In this document: positions 37,412 to 45,565 of the stretch, piece by piece | Layout of the letters: each line of letters starts with the position of its first letter | Position numbering within the stretch: the stretch's first letter is position 1 | NCBI GenBank assembly: GCA_964599625.1 | Contig: CAZRGC010000004.1 | Location: 11,705 to 75,704, forward strand | DNA from: an uncultured Gammaproteobacteria bacterium | GTDB lineage: Bacteria; Patescibacteriota; Microgenomatia; UBA8517 | DNA length: 64,000 nucleotides | Direction: 5' to 3' | Notes under the pieces: model-generated | Told to the model about the DNA's origin: nothing | Databases searched by the model: none | The model's input: only the letters and a program-made list of their open reading frames with translations | Position numbers and translations under genes: made by a program

Positions 37412-37720
37412 TTAGTTTTGGTTTCTAAGTTCTGCCAAAGATTCCGGTCTTGCAGCCTCTTCCTGAAGTTTTTTCTCTCTTTTTGCTTTCATTCTGTCGG
37501 CTTTGCTCATCACTTTCTTGGCACCCGCCAGTTTGGCACGGAAAGCGTCAACTCTACCTGCTGTATCTACAAACTTCATTTGCCCTGTGTAGAAAGGATG
37601 GCAGCTGTAGCAGATATCTACGCTGATTTGGGGAACTGCAGCACCCACGCTAAATGTGTTCCCGCATGCGCAGGTTACCTTTGCGTCGTTGTGCCAAGTT
37701 GGGTGGATTTTTGCTTTCAT
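37412..37720 (-). CDS. rpmE: 50S ribosomal protein L31 (Zn-ribbon type) with Lys/Arg-rich C-terminal extension
   Basis: MKAKIHP...CACGNTF...CYSCHPFYTG. A roughly 35-aa basic tail follows. Confidence 0.9.
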   Translation of the reverse strand: MKAKIHPTWHNDAKVTCACGNTFSVGAAVPQISVDICYSCHPFYTGQMKFVDTAGRVDAFRAKLAGAKKVMSKADRMKAKREKKLQEEAARPESLAELRNQN

Positions 37721-37726
37721 GAAGGC

Positions 37727-38647
37727 TCAATTATATCGTTTTTTCCTAAACTCCGCAATAAACACTCCGGAGAAAGTGACCAGGCATGCACCAATCGTGA
37801 CAGGGGTGATCTTTTCTCCCAAAAGTGCAACTGCCAAAATTGCCGAAAATATGGGATAAAGATAGGAAAAAATAGCTGTTTCGGAAAGTTCGATGGTCCT
37901 TTGAGCCCTGTTTACCAATGTATAGGCAAGCGTGCCTGATAAAAACGCCATATAAAAGACGCCCACATGATCCAAAATATCAGCAGATGTGAGCATGCTC
38001 ACAACGACCTCGGGTCTATTAATTATTAGAACCACAGGTGTGAGAGTGATAAAACCTATCAAGAATGAGTAATTAGCCAAAAATAGTGGCGATACATGTT
38101 CGCGCATCAGTTTTTTCGACAAAAGTCCTGCGGTTGCGCCACATATCAAAGAAAGAAAAACCAGGACATTTCCAAATAATTGATGAAAGAAAGTTGAACC
38201 GCCACCTTGAGAAAAAAGAGGCTCAAGTGCTATTGCTGTGGCGCCAAGGAATGTAATCAATGATCCAATTTTCATGCGTTTTGTAAGATGTTCTTTGAGA
38301 AAGAAAAAGCCAAATATCATCATAAGAATGGGGCCAAACAGAGATATCAAACTCATATCTAAAAGGGAGGTCTCGTTGGTGCCCCAAAACAAGAATCCCA
38401 GTGCAGCTGTTGAGTTCAAAAAGGCATAAAGTGTTGTGGTCAAAAATATTTTTAAGTTTTTGGGGCGGCCTGCCTTGAATTTAAGAAGCAAAAAAATACC
38501 AAGAACGGAGGAAAGAAAAAATCTGTAAAGCAGAAATACTTCTGGGGTTAAATCTTTCAGAGTGAGCTTGATAACTGGGCCGGCTACACCCCAGATTACA
38601 GCTACAATTAACAGTTCAAAATATGCTCTCAGACGGGCAGGATTCAT
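37727..38647 (-). CDS. EamA/DMT-superfamily transporter
   Basis: 10 TM with two EamA-like repeats. Confidence 0.75.
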   Translation of the reverse strand: MNPARLRAYFELLIVAVIWGVAGPVIKLTLKDLTPEVFLLYRFFLSSVLGIFLLLKFKAGRPKNLKIFLTTTLYAFLNSTAALGFLFWGTNETSLLDMSLISLFGPILMMIFGFFFLKEHLTKRMKIGSLITFLGATAIALEPLFSQGGGSTFFHQLFGNVLVFLSLICGATAGLLSKKLMREHVSPLFLANYSFLIGFITLTPVVLIINRPEVVVSMLTSADILDHVGVFYMAFLSGTLAYTLVNRAQRTIELSETAIFSYLYPIFSAILAVALLGEKITPVTIGACLVTFSGVFIAEFRKKRYN

Positions 38648-38658
38648 GTTTGTATTGT

Positions 38659-39861
38659 TTATTTAATTAAAGAAACCATGTTTTCAAAACTTGTGTTAAT
38701 TTGCTCACCAGTTGTAAGGTTTTTAAGAATCACTGAACTGTTGCCAATTTCATTGGGACCAATTATTACAACATATGGGATTTCCTTTTTGTTTGCGTAT
38801 TTGAGTTGTTTGTCTAACTTTGTGCTTTCGGGGTAAAGCTCAGTGTTAATATTTGCACTCCTTAAATTTTTGGCAACTTCCAAGCTTTTTTCTGCTACCT
38901 CTTCCGAAAATATAGTTACAAGGACTTTGGTGTTTTTTTCTGTGGGTATTAAGTTCAATTGATCTGCAGCCTCGACCGTTCTGTCAAAGCCGAATGCGAC
39001 ACCGGTTCCGGGAATATCAAAACCGGTTAAACGTTTCATCATTCCGTCATACCGCTCGCCACCACCAACAGAACCCACTGTGTAATCCTCAATTACGATT
39101 TCCCAGATTGGTCCTTGTGAATAAGAAAATGACCTGGCTAGGGTTGGTTCAAACCTGTAAAACTCACTGCCAAAGTCTGATTTTTCAAGGTATTGGGTTA
39201 TTTTATTAATGGTTTCGTCGGGTTTAATATTCAAAACTTGATCGAAATATTTTTCCGCAGCTGCTTTTTCTATGCCCTTGTTTATCATGTCGTTAAGCAC
39301 GCCTTCTTTCCCAATCTTTTTAAGCTTGTCGATGGCAACTATTGCTTCGTATGGGATATCTTTCATTAGATCACGGTTGTTGAATATAACTACGGGTTTT
39401 TTGAAGCCAATTGTTAAGTATGTATCCAAATTCTCTGCTATCACTTCAGCGTCTGCTGAGGGGGTTTTGACGCCAAAAATGTCGACATCAAATTGCGTAA
39501 ACTCCCGATATCTTCCTCGTTGAGTGTTTTCTGCCCTGAAAACTGATTGGCATTGAAATCTTTTAAACGGAAAAACTAGGCTATTTTGATTAGCTGCAAC
39601 ATATCTGCAGGTGGGGACAGTTTGGTCATACCTAAGCATAACTTCGCGGCCGCCATTGTCGGTAAATTTATAAAATAGTTTTTCATCTTCCCCGATTTCA
39701 CCCTTGAAAAGGGAATAGGGCTCAAGTGTGGGTGTTTCGATTTGCTCAAAACCCCATCTTTGTGCCACTTTGATCATCTTGTTTTTTACCCATAAACGTT
39801 TAGCCGTATCAGTTGGCAAAAAATCACGAAAACCTTTTAATGTCTGTAGTTTTTGGTTCAT
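38659..39861 (-). CDS. hisS: Histidine--tRNA ligase
   Basis: Class II motifs (GFRDFLP..., FQCQSVFRAENTQRGRYREFTQFDVDIFG, GGGERYDGM). C-terminal anticodon-binding domain. Confidence 0.95.
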   Translation of the reverse strand: MNQKLQTLKGFRDFLPTDTAKRLWVKNKMIKVAQRWGFEQIETPTLEPYSLFKGEIGEDEKLFYKFTDNGGREVMLRYDQTVPTCRYVAANQNSLVFPFKRFQCQSVFRAENTQRGRYREFTQFDVDIFGVKTPSADAEVIAENLDTYLTIGFKKPVVIFNNRDLMKDIPYEAIVAIDKLKKIGKEGVLNDMINKGIEKAAAEKYFDQVLNIKPDETINKITQYLEKSDFGSEFYRFEPTLARSFSYSQGPIWEIVIEDYTVGSVGGGERYDGMMKRLTGFDIPGTGVAFGFDRTVEAADQLNLIPTEKNTKVLVTIFSEEVAEKSLEVAKNLRSANINTELYPESTKLDKQLKYANKKEIPYVVIIGPNEIGNSSVILKNLTTGEQINTSFENMVSLIK

Positions 39862-39888
39862 TTTTTTAATATTAACATTATTGGTAGT

Positions 39889-40542
39889 TTAAATGTTGCC
39901 GCCATTATATTTAACAAAAAGCAATCTTTTGTTGTTCTCGGGGTCCGGGGGTAAACTTTCACCTCCTAGGACGAGTTCCATGCCCATGTTTCTGGCAGTG
40001 AACGCCATTGTGCTTGTGCGTGATGTTCTCAAAAGAAGCGGCAATCCAAGATCTATTCCTTTTTGGGCAATCATCCTTGTTATTTGGCCTCCGATGCCTT
40101 TTCCTTGTAACTCTATCTGGACCCCGACCTCCGATACGTAAAAATAATTTATATTTGGACGTATTACACTCACTATAAACTCACGGTTTTCTTCATTATA
40201 TTTTTTAAATGCAAAATCTTCACCGGAAAGTATGTAGCCCCAACCAAAACCTAATATTTTTTCATTCTCCTTGAAAATATAGCCGGTAGAACCTTCACCC
40301 GAAATTTCTTTAAGAATATATTCTGACGTCTGATTGATTGGGTAGGCTTCTTCCAGAACCACACCATTGCATTCCTCACACGGACCATTTGTTCCGGGAG
40401 GGAAGTTGTCGCCATAAAATTTGTCTTTAATGGGACATCTGCTTACCTCGTTCCATTCCGGACCAGCAAACACAGCCGCATACGTTCCTGCGGTTTTACG
40501 TATATCCTCGTTGTTTAATTTGTTTAGTATTTCTATGCTCAT
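39889..40542 (-). CDS. GNAT-family N-acetyltransferase
   Basis: Motif A QGKGIGGQITRMIAQKGIDLGLP. SD AAGGAGG 8 nt upstream. Confidence 0.55.
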   Translation of the reverse strand: MSIEILNKLNNEDIRKTAGTYAAVFAGPEWNEVSRCPIKDKFYGDNFPPGTNGPCEECNGVVLEEAYPINQTSEYILKEISGEGSTGYIFKENEKILGFGWGYILSGEDFAFKKYNEENREFIVSVIRPNINYFYVSEVGVQIELQGKGIGGQITRMIAQKGIDLGLPLLLRTSRTSTMAFTARNMGMELVLGGESLPPDPENNKRLLFVKYNGGNI

Positions 40543-40566
40543 TTTTGTTTACCTCCTTTGTTTTCC

Positions 40567-40622
40567 ACCAAAAAACCCTCGTTCACACGTCGAAAGAAAA
40601 ATCTTTCAACAAGGAACGAGGG
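40567..40622 (-). terminator. Intrinsic terminator (distal of two tandem terminators ending the upstream RNA locus)
   Basis: Stem CCCTCGTTC (40576-40584) pairs with GAACGAGGG (40614-40622). On the minus strand it is followed by U6. Also T-rich on the plus side. Confidence 0.6.
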
Positions 40623-40642
40623 TCTTTTTGTGGCTTTATAAC

Positions 40643-40667
40643 CAAAAAAAAGGACCTCCCGCGGTCC
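40643..40667 (-). terminator. Intrinsic terminator (GGACC-GCGGGA-GGUCC + U8) on minus strand
   Basis: Minus-strand hairpin GGACC/GGTCC (40652-40667) followed by a U8 run (plus-strand A8 at 40643-40650). Confidence 0.7.
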
Positions 40668-41527
40668 CATCCTTATTTCTTTGAGATATTCCTTCTCAAA
40701 GCTCTTAGTCCATCTCTACTTTTGCGGTGACAATGGTTGGAATCTTTTTACGCTTTTCCCTGCGTCAGGTATTTTGACCTGCTCCTCGCTTCGCGTGACT
40801 GAAGCTCAAGCGGATTTATTAAAATGTTATTGTAGTCTACAACTTATTTCTAACTTGTCAAATATTAGGCAAAGAAATACCCAGTTTCTTAAATGTCCGA
40901 GGACGAAACTGGGTTTTCTGACTTCCAAGGTTTTTACACTGCTAGTAGCAGAGCTCGGTTAACCTCGGACTCAGTACAGAGCATCTGATTCGGCACGTCT
41001 ACCGAACCGCTCTGGTTAAGGGATAGTGGGAAGGCCCGGGTTTTTTGTTTTACCTTCAGGTGGAGCGTCCGCAATCTGCGAATGCTGATCTGCACCCAAA
41101 GCAAAATCCCTTATTGCCTTCCAATTGTTGTGCCCGCGCGCGGCACTGCTAAAGAGCAACAACACCCTGACCAGTCAAGAAAAGGGCCACTTCCAGAAGC
41201 GTCACTACAGCGATGCTGCAGTTGGGTGTGACTCCCGGAGGGACCAAGTTCGCGGTTGAAATTCGCGACACTCCCTTTTCTATCCTAAGGCGGAAGAATA
41301 TACGTCCCGTGTGTCCATCGTAGCAGATGGGGGACCAAATCGGCTTAGCCGCACTGTGTGCAGGCGTTGGCCACAACTTGAGTTGAATGTGATTGGATCC
41401 GTACGGATCGAAATTTTCGGCCTAACTTACAAGCCGAAACCGGCGACCAAACAAGTGATCGGCGTTTTGGGCCTGTAAGTGCGCTGACGTGTAAATGTCT
41501 ATGTGCTTACCGGAATATTATTCCAGT
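40668..41527 (-). ncRNA. Unassigned structured RNA locus (about 860 nt); contains RNase P RNA-like conserved elements
   Basis: The minus-strand promoter TTGACA-17-TATAGT (see 41534..41562) predicts a TSS near 41527. Two tandem intrinsic terminators lie at 40567-40667. No credible protein ORF. Contains GC-rich hairpins and motifs resembling RNase P CR-I (GGAAGUGGCCC...CAGGGUG), CR-IV (AAGGCAAUAAGGG) and CR-V (ACAAAAAACCCGGGCCUU). Confidence 0.45.
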
Positions 41528-41533
41528 GTTGAC

Positions 41534-41562
41534 ACTATAGCATAAGAAAGAAGATTTGTCAA
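41534..41562 (-). promoter_or_regulatory. Near-consensus sigma70 promoter (TTGACA-17nt-TATAGT) on minus strand
   Basis: Plus-strand TGTCAA at 41557-41562 and ACTATA at 41534-41539 read as TTGACA and TATAGT on the minus strand with a 17-nt spacer. Confidence 0.65.
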
Positions 41563-41649
41563 GTATTATAGGCTACTAGAGCTTTGCTCATGGGATATTT
41601 ATATATAGTTTCTATTTTTGGGGTAATTCTAGCCTCTATTTTAACTTTA

Positions 41650-42120
41650 GAAAAAGAAAGAGACCTGGTCCTTTTGAATTTTTGGATGCGTTTTACGGCA
41701 TTTATTATTCTTGGGACCAGGTCTCGGGATTCGGGATAGGGGAGATGTTGTTTCTTGGGATTCGGGTTGGGCGTAGGCTGAAGGTCGCAAGTGACCAACA
41801 AAATACCGAGATGGCAGCCTAGCTTCCGAGGTTCCTTTGAAATCTCCCTTTCGTGCTTGATCTAAATGTGATGTAAATCGAGCTGAAAGCTTCCACACTT
41901 TGTCCCTGCCGCTTTTGTTGTCGGGCAATCCGAAGCGAAGGCCAGTGGCCTTGTCCGGTGGTTGGGACGATCGGGGAAGCTAAAGTGACCGGCTATCCAG
42001 CCAGTCTGGTATTGGTACTTGCGGACCTAAAGCTGCCGGCCAAAAATGGTCGGCAAGTTGAGATCCGTAAGCACACGGCTCTTTCTACACAATCAATATG
42101 TCAGGTGCAAGCTATCGCGA
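41650..42120 (-). ncRNA. Unassigned structured RNA locus (about 470 nt)
   Basis: Minus-strand promoter TTGACA-18-TATATT (42127-42156). Terminated by a long 12-bp stem (GAGACCUGGUCC...GGACCAGGUCUC) followed by UUUCUUUUUC. No ORF. Contains the direct repeat GGGAUUCGGG x2 on the complementary strand and several GC-rich helices. Confidence 0.4.
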
Positions 42121-42126
42121 AGGTAG

Positions 42127-42156
42127 TAATATACCACAGTCATTTTTGACTTGTCA
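42127..42156 (-). promoter_or_regulatory. Near-consensus sigma70 promoter (TTGACA-18nt-TATATT) on minus strand
   Basis: Plus-strand TGTCAA at 42151-42156 and AATATA at 42127-42132, with an 18-nt spacer. Confidence 0.6.
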
Positions 42157-42175
42157 ACACTATGTTGTGAAGCTA

Positions 42176-43216
42176 CTATGGGTTTTGGGTAACAAACACA
42201 GATCTTGCCATTTGAACACCTGTGCCGGAGCTTAAAGTTACGTAAACTAAAGAACTACCTTTTTCTATGTCTGTAGCTTTGATTTTACCTTGGTCTTCGG
42301 AAGCAAAATCATAAATAACAGTTTTCTTGTCATAGGCAATTTTTGTATCCGAGCCGTCGGAGCTTCGGGTAATACTAATGTCTTTTGTTGTTACTGTATT
42401 AACACTGGCAAGTACAACCTCCGCTTTGGATTCTGTAATCGCGTCCGTGATCAAAATCCTCTGGGCCGACAAAACCGAAGATGAATTTATGTAGCCCATT
42501 CCCACAATAAAGTCTCCGATTGCAATATCGGGAACCTTAACATTTCTAGTTGTTGTGCCTGAACTTTTAACAACACTTGTTTCGTCTTCTGAAGTTGCAA
42601 TCTGTTTTATTTCGCCTTTTGCTGTTTTGATTTGAATTGTGGAATCAGCAATATCGGTAACTGTTCCGATATATGCCTTGGGTTTATTGAGTGCCGCCTC
42701 TACCTTTTCTTGCACCTTTTGCCTAATTGAAGCTTCGTCTGATGCGTCAGACGAAGCAGGTGAACCAATACTTCCTCTGATCTGAAACGACGATGAGTAA
42801 ACCACTAATACTTTTTCAATACTTGGGGCGCCACCTTCGTCAAAACCTGTTAACTTTATTTGGTTGATTCCTGCAATCAAATTTATTTCCTCTGAAAATG
42901 TACCGTCCTCTTTGGACTTTGTAATATAGTCCTCGCTTTCACCGGAGATAATGAGAGTTGTGGAGGGTCTCGTAATGCCGGATATATTTATTGAACTTGT
43001 AGTTACAACATCTTCGTTTTCCGGTTTGTCCAGAGTGATCTTGAATTCCGAAGATGGTGTGGGGCCGGGTGTTTGTGTCTGTCCGGGTTGGGGAGTTGGT
43101 TTTATAGCCGAGTTAATTCGCCAAACGCCAAAAGCGATGATAAGACCAAAGGTAATACCAATACCTGCTGCCCATAAAACTTCTTTTCGCATCGCCTGAC
43201 AATATAATTGAAGCAT
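42176..43216 (-). CDS. Membrane-anchored hypothetical protein (Ser/Thr-rich, probably extracytoplasmic)
   Basis: N-terminal TM (VLWAAGIGITFGLIIAFGVW), a Pro/Thr-rich linker, then beta-rich Ser/Thr/Ile-rich repeats. No known domain. Confidence 0.4.
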   Translation of the reverse strand: MLQLYCQAMRKEVLWAAGIGITFGLIIAFGVWRINSAIKPTPQPGQTQTPGPTPSSEFKITLDKPENEDVVTTSSINISGITRPSTTLIISGESEDYITKSKEDGTFSEEINLIAGINQIKLTGFDEGGAPSIEKVLVVYSSSFQIRGSIGSPASSDASDEASIRQKVQEKVEAALNKPKAYIGTVTDIADSTIQIKTAKGEIKQIATSEDETSVVKSSGTTTRNVKVPDIAIGDFIVGMGYINSSSVLSAQRILITDAITESKAEVVLASVNTVTTKDISITRSSDGSDTKIAYDKKTVIYDFASEDQGKIKATDIEKGSSLVYVTLSSGTGVQMARSVFVTQNP

Positions 43217-43289
43217 GTTGTTTAGTCAAGGAAAATTTACATGTAAACCTATTGCCAACACTAAAAAGTTTTGTTAGAGTCTCTTTTGC

Positions 43290-43943
43290 ATGGACATTAC
43301 ATATTTAGGACACTCCTCGTTTAGAATCAAAACGAAAACAGCTACTGTTGTCACGGATCCGTTTGATACTCAAATGGTGGGAATAAAGTACCCGCAGCAG
43401 GAAGCCGATATTGTTACCGTTTCTCACGATCATGCAGACCATAACGCTGCCGACAAAGTTACCGGGGTAAGAAAAGTTGTCGAAGGCCCTGGGGAGTATG
43501 AGGTGATGGGTGTTTCCATTATCGGTTACAAAACATATCACGATTCAAAAAATGGAGAAGAAAGAGGTAAAAATACAGTTTATGTCTTTGAGACCGAAAA
43601 ACTTCGCGTATGCCATTTGGGGGATTTGGGGCATTCACTTTCGGAAGACCTTGTAAACGAACTTGGAGACATAGACATACTCATAGTCCCTGTCGGTGGT
43701 GATTACACAATTGACTCTAAACTTGCAGCTGAGGCCGTAAACAAGATTGAGCCTTTTATTGTGATTCCTATGCATTACCAACAAGAAGGTTTGAAAGCTG
43801 ACACATTTTCCTCACTAGACGGTGTGGACAACTTTTTGAAAGAAACAGGTTTAACAGTCGAGAATTTAGACAAGCTTACCATCAAAAAAGAAGACATTAT
43901 GGAAGATCAAAGTACAAAAGTGGTAGTTCTTTCAAGAAAATAG
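43290..43943 (+). CDS. Metallo-beta-lactamase-fold hydrolase
   Basis: SHDHADH motif (HxHxDH) plus downstream His and Asp ligands (CHLGD, PMHY). Confidence 0.7.
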   Translation: MDITYLGHSSFRIKTKTATVVTDPFDTQMVGIKYPQQEADIVTVSHDHADHNAADKVTGVRKVVEGPGEYEVMGVSIIGYKTYHDSKNGEERGKNTVYVFETEKLRVCHLGDLGHSLSEDLVNELGDIDILIVPVGGDYTIDSKLAAEAVNKIEPFIVIPMHYQQEGLKADTFSSLDGVDNFLKETGLTVENLDKLTIKKEDIMEDQSTKVVVLSRK

Positions 43944-43993
43944 TTCGCACTTTACGTCTGCCCATGACCCTTTATATCTTTATATAAAAAGTT

Positions 43994-45328
43994 ATGGCAA
44001 ACACACCCCCCACCTCACTCAAAGTTCCACCACATTCTCAGGATGCGGAAGAAAGCGTTTTAGGCGCAATGCTTATAGATAAAGATGCAGTGATAGCTGT
44101 TGCCGAGTTTTTGCACCCCGAAGACTTTTATGACGAGCGTTTGAAAGAGGTTTATGAAGCGTGTATAGAACTTTACGAAGATAGGGTCCCTATTGATGTT
44201 CTCACAGTTTCGGAAAAGTTGAAAAAAAGAAAAGGCCTTAAAAAAGTCGGGGACTCCTCGTTTTTGGCCGATCTTGCAAACAAAGTCCCAACAGCTGCGC
44301 ATGTGGAGCATTACGGCAGAATTGTAAAAGATACTTCCACAAAACGGGCACTCATGGCCGCTGCAACAAGGCTTGTGGAAATTTCGATGGACGAAGGCCT
44401 TGCCGCTAACGAAGTTTTGGATAAGGCAGAGAGTGAGGTTTTCAATCTGAGCCAAAGAAATCTCACAAAAGCATTCACTCCCGTTAGAGAAACATTAGCA
44501 GAGAGTTTTGACAGATTGGACGAACTTCATAAGCAAGGTGAAGGAATGCGGGGAGTGCCCACGGGTCTGCCGGACTTGGACGACGCCCTGGCCGGAATGC
44601 AAAAAAGCAATTTAATTATTTTAGCTGCCAGGCCCGGTGTGGGAAAGACTACATTGGCAATGAATGTGGCACAACACATTTCGGTCAACCTCAAACGACC
44701 TGTTGGATTTTTCTCATTGGAAATGAGCAAAGAAGAACTTGTAGACAGACTTCTTGTGGGTCAGGCCGATATTGACGCATGGAAACTAAAAACCGGAAAA
44801 CTTTCCGAGGACGATTTTACAAAACTCAGTAATGCCATGGGGGAACTTGCTGAAGCCCCCTTGTTTATTGACGATACCCCGGCACTTTCTGTTTTGGAGA
44901 TGAGAACCAAAGCCAGACGGCTTCAAGTGGAGAATGGTTTGGATTTTTTGGTGGTGGACTATTTGCAACTTGCTAAGTCACGCAATTTGGAAAATAGGGT
45001 TCAGGAAGTTTCGGAGATTTCCCAGGGAATGAAAAATATTGCAAGAGAGCTCAAAATTCCTGTAATGGTTCTTTCGCAATTGTCTCGTGCCGTGGAACAA
45101 AGAGGTGGCAATAAACCTCAGCTTTCAGACCTTAGGGAGTCGGGAAGTATAGAGCAAGATGCTGACGTTGTTATGTTTTTGTGGAGAGAAGACGCAGAGA
45201 ACGGGGAAAATATGATGTTGGATATTGCTAAGCACAGAAACGGTCCTTTAAGAAGTATACCGTTGCATTTCAAAGGAGACAGAATCAAATTCTTTGCACG
45301 CGACACTCATCATTCACAACCACATTAA
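43994..45328 (+). CDS. dnaB: Replicative DNA helicase DnaB
   Basis: N-terminal DnaB domain (PHSQDAEESVLGAMLID). Walker A ARPGVGKTT. RecA-like core with H motifs (GQADID, DYLQL). Confidence 0.9.
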   Translation: MANTPPTSLKVPPHSQDAEESVLGAMLIDKDAVIAVAEFLHPEDFYDERLKEVYEACIELYEDRVPIDVLTVSEKLKKRKGLKKVGDSSFLADLANKVPTAAHVEHYGRIVKDTSTKRALMAAATRLVEISMDEGLAANEVLDKAESEVFNLSQRNLTKAFTPVRETLAESFDRLDELHKQGEGMRGVPTGLPDLDDALAGMQKSNLIILAARPGVGKTTLAMNVAQHISVNLKRPVGFFSLEMSKEELVDRLLVGQADIDAWKLKTGKLSEDDFTKLSNAMGELAEAPLFIDDTPALSVLEMRTKARRLQVENGLDFLVVDYLQLAKSRNLENRVQEVSEISQGMKNIARELKIPVMVLSQLSRAVEQRGGNKPQLSDLRESGSIEQDADVVMFLWREDAENGENMMLDIAKHRNGPLRSIPLHFKGDRIKFFARDTHHSQPH

Positions 45329-45330
45329 GA

Positions 45331-45537
45331 TTATTCTACGTTGTCGTTTGCTCGCTGGGGGAAACTGGGTGAAGGATACATTTCGTTTGCGGGTTTTAGT
45401 GACTGTTCTATATCCAAAAGCGTTGTATTTGCTGTGGTCGGAAGTTTTTGCCCCGACAAAAGCATCTCAACCTGTTCTTGGTCAAACTTGGCAAATCTAT
45501 ATTGACTCAATAATTTTTCCAAAACGTCTCTTTCCAT
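45331..45537 (-). CDS. Small hypothetical protein (68 aa)
   Basis: Short ORF 29 nt downstream of the 305-aa minus-strand gene. No recognisable motif. Confidence 0.2.
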   Translation of the reverse strand: MERDVLEKLLSQYRFAKFDQEQVEMLLSGQKLPTTANTTLLDIEQSLKPANEMYPSPSFPQRANDNVE

Positions 45538-45565
45538 GTTTTTATTCTAACATTCCAGTCAAGCT

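Noticed and set aside
41149-41376. 75-aa minus-strand ORF inside the RNA block
   Set aside because: It sits in the middle of a GC-rich hairpin-dense transcript between a strong promoter and terminators. It has no RBS, no motif, and a Cys/Pro/Gly-rich translation typical of RNA-gene antisense or sense noise.
40668-42120. Attempted assignment of the two RNA loci to tmRNA (ssrA) or SRP RNA (ffs)
   Set aside because: No tRNA-like 3' end (T-arm plus GCUCCACCA-type acceptor) and no plausible tag-peptide frame ending in AA-stop were found. No GGAAGCAGC/domain IV-like SRP motif either. They are left as unassigned RNAs apart from the RNase P-like elements.
42146-42180. Plus-strand promoter-like TTGTCA-17-TACTAT near 42151-42179
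   Set aside because: There is no plus-strand gene downstream, since the next gene is on the minus strand. The same sequence is better explained as the reverse complement of the strong minus-strand promoter.
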